DNA from: the human T2T-CHM13v2.0 reference genome, Homo sapiens | DNA length: 64,000 bases | Reading direction: 5' to 3' (one strand) | NCBI RefSeq assembly: GCF_009914755.1 | Contig: NC_060936.1 | Part shown: positions 54,618-64,000 of the stretch, piece by piece | Layout of the letters: each line of letters begins with the position of its first letter | How positions within the stretch are numbered: position 1 is the first letter of the stretch | Made by a program: the position numbers and the translations under genes | Notes under the pieces: model-generated | Databases searched by the model: none | What the model saw: only the letters and a program-made list of their open reading frames with translations | Told to the model about the DNA's origin: nothing

Positions 54618-57390
54618 CACAAATCAATAAATGTGATACATGACATTAAAAGAATGAAGGACAACAATCCTCTGATCATTTCAGTAAATGCAGAAAAAGC
54701 ATCTGGCAAAATTCAACATCCAGGTCAGGTGCAGTGGCTAATGGATGTAATCCCAGCACTTTGGGAGGCCAAGGCAGGTGAACTGTTTGAGCCCAGAAAT
54801 TCAAAGGCAGCCTGGACAACATGGTGAAACCCTGTCTCTACAAAGAAGAATACAAAAATTAGGCAGGTGTGGTGGCGTTTGCCTGTGGTCCCAGCTACAC
54901 AGGTGGCTGAGGTGAGAGGATCACCTGATTCTAGAGAGACTGAGGCTGCAGTGAGCCATAATCTGTCACTGCACTCCAGCCTGGGAGATAGAGTGAGACC
55001 CTGTCTCAAAAGTAAAAATAAAAATAAAAAAACAATAAATAAATACAAATTTAATATCCCTTCATGATAAAAAATGTTTAACAATTTAGATATAGAGGGA
55101 ATGTAGCTCAACAAAATAAAGGTCATATATAACAAACCCACAGTTAACATTATATTGAATGGGGAGAAGTTGAAAACTCTTTCTCTAAAATCTAGAACAA
55201 AATAGGGATCCCCACTTTCGCTGCTTCTATTCAACATGATACTGGAGGTTCTAGCCAGAGCAATAAGACAAGACAAAGAAATAAAAGGCATCCAAATCAG
55301 AAAGGAAGAAATTAACTTGTCCCTGTTTGCAAATGGCATGACCTTATATATAGATAACCCTAAAGATTCCAGAAAAAAAAACTGTTAGAACTAACAAATT
55401 TAATAAAGTTGGAGGATACAGAATCAACATACAAAAATCAGTTGTGTTTTTATGCACTGAATAAAATTTTATACAGTGAATTATCTGAAAAAGAAATCAT
55501 GAAAACTATTCTATTTATAATAGGAGATGTATTTTTTTAAAAGTAAATAATTAGGAATAAATTTAACCAAGAAGGTAAAAGAGATCTACATCAAAAACTG
55601 TGAAACATCAATGAAAATAATTGAAGAAGGGGTACAAACAAATAAAAATATATCACTTGTTCATGGATTAGAAAAATTAATAATGTTGAAATGTCTCTAT
55701 GCCCAAAGCAATCTACAGATTCAGTACAATCCCTATCAAAATTATATTCTTCATAGAAATAAAAAAATCTTAACATTCATAGGGAACCACAAATGACCCC
55801 AAATAGCCAAAGCAGTCTTGAGCAAAAGAACAAGGCTGGCAGGCATCACACTACTGACTTCAAAATGTACTAAAAAGTTGTAGTAATCAAAATAGCATGG
55901 CACTGGCATAAAAACAAGACACACAGACCAATGGAACAGAGAGCCCCGAAATAAATCCATGCATTTACAGTCAGCTAATTTTTGAGAAAGATTCCAAGAA
56001 TATGCAATGGGGAAAAGACAGTTTGCTCAATAAATAGTATGGGGAAAACTAGATATCCATATGAAGAAAAATGAAATTAGACCTTTATCTCTAATCATCT
56101 ACAAAAATTAACAAAATAAATTAATTACTTTAAAATCCCAAACTATAAAATTAATAGAATAAGTCAGAGAAGAAAAGATCCATGACATTGGTCTGGACAA
56201 TGATATTCTGTCTATAACTCAAAAGCTCAGGCAACAAAAGCAAAAAGAGACTAATGGAATTGTATCAAACTGTAAAGCTTCTACACGGCAAAGGAGACAA
56301 TCAACAGAATGAAGAGACAGCCTACAGAATGGGAGAAAATATTTGCAAACTATACACCTCATAAGGGTTTAATATCTAAAATATATAAGGAACTCAAATA
56401 AATCCATAGCAATAAAACAAATAATCCAATAAAAAATGGGCAAAGAACCTGAATAGACATTTCTCAAAAAAAAGATATATAAAGGATCAACAGGTATTTT
56501 TTAAATGTCAATATTACTAATCATCAGAGAAATGCAAATCAAAACCACAGCAAGATACCATCTCACTCTTGTTAAAATGACTTTTATCAAAAAGACAAAA
56601 AAAAAAAACGTGTTGGAAAGGTTGTAAAGAAAAGGGAACGCTTGCACAATGTTGATGGGAATGTAAATTAACACGGCCACTGTAGAAAACAGTATGGAGC
56701 GTCCTCAAAAAATTAAAATAGATCTAGCAATCTCACTGCTGGATATATATCAAAAGGAAACAAAATCATTATGTTGAAAAGATATCTACACTTTCACATT
56801 TATTGCAGCACTATTCACAATACTCAAGATATGGAATCAGCCTAAGTGTCCATCAGTGAATACATGGATAAAGAAAATGGTAAATATACACAATGGAACA
56901 TTATTTAACTACAAAAAGGAAAGAAATCCTGTCATTTGAAACAACATGGTTGAACCTGGAAGACATTATGTTAAGTGAAATAAACCAGGCACAGAAAGAC
57001 AAATACCACATAATCTCACTTACATATGGAGTCTAAAAAAGTTGATATCCTAGAAGTAGAGGGAGAATGGTGGTTACTGAAGCCTGAAGTGTTTAGAAGG
57101 GTGGGAGGCTAAGGAATTGTAGGTAAAAGGATACACATGTACAGTTAGGTACGAGAAACAAGTTCAAGAGATCTGTTGTACAGCATGGTAGTTATAGTTA
57201 ATGACAATATATTGTATTTTTAAAAATGCTAAGTGTGGATGTTAAGTGTTCCTACCACAAAAATAACTACGTGAAATAATGCATTTGTTAAGTAGCCAGA
57301 TTTAACTATTTTCCGATGTATATGTACTTTAAAACATCATGTTGTACATGATAAATACGCACAATTGTATATGTCAGTTTTAAAAATATA
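54618..57390 (+). mobile_element. L1MA5-like, 5'-truncated
   Basis: ORF2 RT-to-C-terminal homology and a 3'UTR with aagttcaagagatctgttgtacagcatgg...aaaacatcatgttgtacatgataaatac. Confidence 0.9.
54723..55045 (+). mobile_element. AluJ inside L1MA
   Basis: J-type tttgagcccagaaattc and gactgaggctgcagtgagcc; degenerate TSD aaattcaacatcc / aaatttaatatcc. Confidence 0.9.
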
Positions 57391-57519
57391 AAGGTTACAA
57401 ACTAGATACATTAAAAAAATTAAATAATGCACAATGACAACATATTTTGCCCAGGGTAGGCTGAGATAAAACTAAAAACAAAATGTCAGTTTTATCACAT
57501 TAAAATGTATTCATGCAAT

Positions 57520-58680
<1,161 letters not shown>

Positions 58681-58959
58681 CTGTAAACTAACTTGCAATA
58701 ATCCAAAGCATTTTCAGATGGTTTAATTCTGTTTTAAATAATGAATATCACTTATAAACTCTCAAGGATTGATATATGCTATTTGAATTCAAGACATCTA
58801 TACATAATTCAATATTGACTTTACATATATGTATATGTTTAATTTAATGGATATTGATAAACTTTTTACTACAGGCTTAAAGAATTCAGTTTAATGGATA
58901 GTGCCAATTTTTCAGAACTAATTTTTAAAATAAAGTTATAATGAGAAATAACAAAAAAA

Positions 58960-59330
58960 AGAGAGAAAGTGAGAGATAGAAGCAAGAATGTATTTGAGAA
59001 GATTAGATAGCTCACAGATCTCTGGGAGAACCAGAGGAGTAGGAATGGGGCTACACTCCTAGGAATGGCTTCAAAAATCATACTCAGAATTGCTCCATGT
59101 AGACACCACAGCTGATACCTCTTGGCAGGGATGCTGCTGCTGATCCCCCCGATACCACCAATATTTGACACTGGATGTTACTGCTAGAAACATCACTGCT
59201 GTTTCTAAGGTGGAAACAGCTTTGACCACTGTAGCAACTCATTCCTGAGAGATTCTGTAATTGTTCCTTAATGGCTATGACTCCTTTTTGAAACAGGTAA
59301 GTCCTTCCAAAAACCAACTATTCACAGGTA
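58960..59330 (-). mobile_element. Possible old MLT1 (M/N/O) LTR fragment
   Basis: gatagctcacagatctctgggaga...ggctacac...gctgctgctg pattern; very diverged. Confidence 0.35.
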
Positions 59331-60693
59331 GTTTATGTAGCTGGAGGGCAAACATCATGTCCTTGGTTATCAATAATTCTCCATGTAATTCAGGATTGTA
59401 TGCATAAATTATTTAGCTTTTAATTCTCTGAGCCATCTGAGACTGGCAGGACAGGATGCTCACCCTGGAGTATTCTTCTCCTCCATCCTGCCTGTTTAAA
59501 AGACTGCATTCTGTGGATGTAACCTTCTGTGCATGATTCTGCATTTAGCCTAATCTTCTCTCCTTCTTAAGTTTTCATGGCCAACCTGGGTCCAAACAAT
59601 GAGTTATCAGATTCTCCCCCTCAGTCTAGGTTTAGGCTATGCAATTTCGTAAATGGGCCTTTTTTTTTTTTTTTAAATATTCAGGCACAAACATTGCCTT
59701 TTGGAAACCTTTCATTTCCCTTTATGATAGTCAGTAAATTTAGCAAATTTAGCAGCCCTTTCACATATTTAGGATATTTTATTTGTTTACTGCTGTACAT
59801 TTCAACTCTGTGACAGCACTTGGAGACTATAGGGTACCCCATAACCATTCTAAAAACATTTTATAACATTCATATAATTACTGAATAAATCAGCTCTCTT
59901 CCTAGTTTTTTTAGAGATTCCATTTGTATTTCTATCGCTCATTCTTCTGATGCTTTAATGTAGCTTCCTAGAAAAAAAAGGATGAAGTTGCCATCTTTAT
60001 TATTATTATAAAACCACTAAAGTAGCCAATTAATAAATTTTTTTGAGCTGAACTAGTAGATATGCAAAAACAATGCTAAATGGCTGTCTGTAGGATATAT
60101 CTAGGGACAAATACATTTATATCTCTAATCAAAAATTAACGTGACTGCTTATTGAGTTATGCATTTTTCTTTACTTTTATCTATCCTTAAGAAGGAAAAT
60201 AAAATGGGCCCTCAATATTCCAATCGTTCAGTGTTACTAAAGTGAGACTGTGGGGATAAGAAGTTTAATACAAAATTTCCGTACCCTGCACAAATGGGAA
60301 TTTGAGGGATCTGTATTTGGGGTTTATAACTTTCCTCTAACTATATAACAACAAACAAATTGTCAAACTAAATTCATCATCAAGCAATCTGGAGACTGTT
60401 TACTCTGCCTTTAATTTTGTGAAGTCTGATGGAAGCCAGAAAGAAACAAACCAGTAAAAGCAATAAAATAAACCTGAAGAGGTGAGTAAGGTAAGACTTG
60501 TACAGAAGAGGAAATCACAATTATAGTTGTGGAATAAATATGCCATGTTAATAATTTACCCGTTAAAAAAGATATCTGATGGAAAACTACAGAAACATCA
60601 TGGCTTAGCCATCAGACCCAGAAACAAGTTTCTCTTTGGATACAGTATCCTATTTGCCTTCTGTAAGAAGCAACATGGAAGAACAAATCTCTT

Positions 60694-60696
<3 letters not shown>

Positions 60697-60725
<29 letters not shown>

Positions 60726-60802
60726 GAGATGGAGTCTGGCTTGGTTGCCAAGGCTGGAGTGCAGTGGCGCAATCTCGGCTCACTGCAAGCTCCGCCGCCC
60801 AG
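60697..60802 (-). mobile_element. Extremely 5'-truncated AluY
   Basis: T29 followed by ~77 bp of Alu 3' end (ctgcaagctccgcc); perfect TSD caaatctcttaaa(ttt). Confidence 0.93.
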
Positions 60803-60839
60803 CAAATCTCTTAAATTTATATCCCCCTTAAGTGATTCT

Positions 60840-63420
60840 ACTTTTGCCAAAACTTGGTATTGTCAAACTTTATATTTGGTCTTTCTGATGGGTCTGTAGC
60901 AGTATTTCATTGTGGCTTTCATTTCCACTTCCTTGATTACTAGAGAAATTGTTTTCCTTTTTATCTGTTTATTTGACTATCTTCTCTTCTAAAATATTTG
61001 TTCAAGGCTTGCATAATTTTCCATTTGGTTACCTTTCTCCTTACCCATGTGTAGGGGTTCTTTACATATCTTGAATATAAAATCTATGGCAGTTATATGC
61101 ATTGCATTTTCTCTCACTCTCTGGTTTACTTTTTTGCTTTCTACATCTTATATTTTCTAAGGTGAATTTCTTATTTTTAACTAAAATTTGAAAATATTTT
61201 CTTCTATCATTAATTACTTTCGTATCCTCTTTAAGAGATTTCCCATTTCAAGGTCTTTAAAATGGTGTCTTATACAATTATTTAGAAGCATTGTTTTGTT
61301 CTTCACATTTGGAAATCTAAATGTACCTGAAATAGATTTTTATTAGTGCTGTGAGATGAATGCTGTTTTTAAAAATACAGCTATCTAAATACTCCAGCAG
61401 CATTTGTTGAAAAGAGCATGTAACATTAGCTTTGTAACAAATAAAGCATCCCTAAATATTTGGTTCTGTTTTTGGACTCATTGTTTTTCTTTGGGCAGTT
61501 CATATATTTTTTGCATCAATATTGCATTGCATCAGTGAAACTTTATAAGTCTTAATGATAGATAAAGCTAGTCCTTTATTGTTGTTATTGTTTAAGAGTG
61601 CATTGGCAATTTTTATTTTTTATAAAATTTGGAATATTTGTCATGTTTCTTGTAAAATTTTTCCTAGCATTACATTCGATTTTAATATCAACTTGAATAA
61701 AATAGATATATTTGCAATAACGAATCTTCCAAGCCATGAACATGGTATGTCCCTCCACTTATTTTTGTGCTCTTTATCTCAATAATATTTTGTAGTTTTC
61801 AGTGACAAGGCCTTGCAAGTTTTTTTAAGTTATAGTTAGTAATTTGAGATTATTGGGTGATCTTTTAAACAGAACCTCTTAAGTAGGTAAGGAGTATTGA
61901 ATTATATCATATCTACAGGAAAGGAAAAATTCATATGTCCACAGCTCTATGGATATTTACAAACCCATCATACTTTTGTAATAGGCAAACAGATCAAGAA
62001 ACAGAATGTAAGCAGCAGCCCGGCAGCCTCCATCAAGTGCCATTTTAGGCAGTATCATGATTTCTAAAACAAAAATAATTTTGCCTGTTTAGGGTTTACA
62101 TAAATGGAATCATACAGTATATGTAGTATCTTGTGTCTGGATTTTGTCCCCCAAGGTTTATTTATAAGATTTCTCCATGCTCTTGTTTTAGTTTATTTAT
62201 TCTCATAAAAATATAGTATTTTGTTAAATAAATACATGATAATTTATTATCCAAATCACTACTTACAGACATTTCAGTCGTCTCACATTTTTAGCCATTA
62301 TGAATATGGCAGCTATGAACATTGATGTTTTCCTGTGTTGGTCTTGGTCTTGAGGGTATTTCTTTTGGCTGTTGGGAATGATGTTATTATTTATAGATTT
62401 TTACATGTCTTTTAGTGAATACATATGCATTTTCATTGGACATATACCTAAGAGTAGAATACTGTATCATACATGATTATGCACATATGTACCTTTAGCC
62501 CACACCTCTAAACTGCTTTCCAAAGTGGCTATGCTGATTTGCATTCCCACCAACAGCATATGAGATTTGCAATATCCTTTCTCAATATCCTTGTCAAAAC
62601 TCCATAGTGTATGTCTTTTTTTTTATCTTAGCCATCCTGGTAGGTATATAGTGGTATTTCATTGTGATTTTAATTTTATTTTCTTAAAGACTAATAGTGT
62701 TAAGCAACTTTTCATTTACTTATTATTCAATTATTTTACTTTATCATGAAGTGTCTTTTCAAGCATTTTAAACATTTACTATTGGGTTGGTTACATTTTA
62801 AATTGATTTGTAAAAGTTTATATATATATTCAGAATAGGAACCATTTGTTAACTATATATTTTGAAAATATTTTCTCTCACTTTGTGGTTTTTCTTTTTT
62901 CTAAGAACTTCTTTTGACAAATGGATTTTCAATTTTAATGTAACCCAGTTTATAAATTTTTCTTTATAGTTAGGGTTATTATTTACTATTTAAGAAATTT
63001 ATGATCACCTCAACCTTATAAGACATTCCTTATGTTTTCTTTTAAAAGCCTTATTGTTTTACTTTTGCTGTTTACTTTTACACTCCATTTGGAATTAAAT
63101 TTTGTGAATAGTGATGGTTATTGAAAATACCCAACTTTCCAGTGTACTGCATTTAAATCAGGTAGCTGCATATGCATAGTTCTGTTTTTGCCTTCTCTAT
63201 TCTGGTAAGTTGGCAAATGTCAAATTATATTAATTGCTCTAGCATCTATATTGATTATTATTTTTCTTTCTGAGATTCATTCTGGATATTTTTTAGCTTC
63301 TCTTCCACTCCACCAATCCCCTTTTTACTCAGCTCTAATCTGTTAAACTCATTTCTAGAGTTCTTAATTTTAATTCTTCATCTCTAAATTCTATGATGTT
63401 TTTAAAATATCTTTTCTTTT
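60840..63420 (-). mobile_element. Old L1M (L1MC/L1ME) antisense fragments
   Basis: gtatttcattgtggctttcatttcc, cagcatttgttgaaaag, ccatgaacatggtatgtccctccacttattt, aaatggaatcatacagtatatg, ttcccaccaacagcatatgaga. Confidence 0.8.
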
Positions 63421-63424
63421 CTTT

Positions 63425-63822
63425 AATGTGGCACATATATACCAGGGAATACTATGCAGCCACAAAAAAGAATGAGTTCACATCCTTTACAGGGACTTGA
63501 ATGAAGCTGGAAGCCATCTTTCTCAGCAAACTAACACAGGAACTGAAAACCAAATGCCACATGTTCTCACCCATGAGTGGGAGTTGAACAATGAGAACAC
63601 ATGGACACAGGGAGGGGAACATCACATAATGGGGCCTGTCAGGGGATGGGAAGCAAGGAGAGGGAGAGCATTAAGACAAATACCTAATGCATGCGGGGCT
63701 TAAAACCTAAATGACGGGTTGATAGGTGCAGCAAACCACCATGGCACATGTATACCTATGTAACAAATCTGCATGTTCTGCACATGTATCCCAGAACTTA
63801 AGGTCAAATAAAAAAAAAAAAA
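63425..63822 (+). mobile_element. L1PA8-like 3' end
   Basis: Diagnostic taatgcatgcggggcttaaaaccta in the 3'UTR; A-tail. Confidence 0.88.
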
Positions 63823-63904
63823 CCTCAATAATCCTATTTACCTCCATCAACACAATAAGCAGTTTTTCCTTAAAATATGTATCTGACAACTGCAAATACT
63901 GGTT

Positions 63905-64000
63905 CCTCTTTTTCTTCTTTCTTTCTTTCTTTCCCTTCCTTTTTCTTTATTTTTTTTTTTCTCGAGACAAATTCTAGCTTTATCATCCATGCTAGTCTCA
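63905..64000 (-). mobile_element. T-rich tail and start of an antisense Alu monomer (cut by window edge)
   Basis: (CTTT)/T-rich tract then gagacaaattctagctttatcatccatgctagtctca. Confidence 0.55.

Noticed and set aside
54725-55339. Longest ORF (204 aa, minus strand)
   Set aside because: It is an antisense read-through of L1MA and AluJ; the same applies to 37251-37733, 38306-38734, 10280-10636 and 25642-26032.
60425-60500. Tandem strong donors GAG|GTGAGT and AAG|GTAAGA with a possible 57-nt exon
   Set aside because: The upstream acceptor is poor, and isolated donor consensus matches are expected by chance (also at 12453, 15677 and 59297).

Overview
AT-rich primate (human-like) genomic DNA, intronic or intergenic. 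I find no supportable protein-coding gene, RNA gene, CpG island or CRISPR array. The listed ORFs are Alu-, L1-, LTR- or microsatellite-derived or look like chance frames, and the longest recognisable ones are decayed L1 ORF2 pieces. Roughly half the window is interspersed repeat: about 13 Alu copies or monomers, L1 (L1PA to L1ME), L2, MIR, MaLR/ERVL/ERV1 solo LTRs, and Tigger, Charlie and Tc2 DNA transposon fossils. Subfamily names come from recalled consensus sequences and need RepeatMasker/Dfam confirmation. The most interesting signals not explained by ordinary repeats are: (1) a bipartite templated insertion at 53007-53194, copied from sites ~3 kb upstream and ~3.8 kb downstream; (2) a 250-370 bp ancient imperfect palindrome centred at ~45049; (3) a candidate 30-nt microexon at 32080-32109, followed by a ~165-nt G-U-compatible hairpin containing RBFOX motifs; (4) a perfect SOX2-OCT4 composite motif at 18129; (5) a snap-back inverted insertion replacing L1 sequence at 57781-57840. 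I cannot identify the locus and do not claim a new biological system; these are testable candidates.
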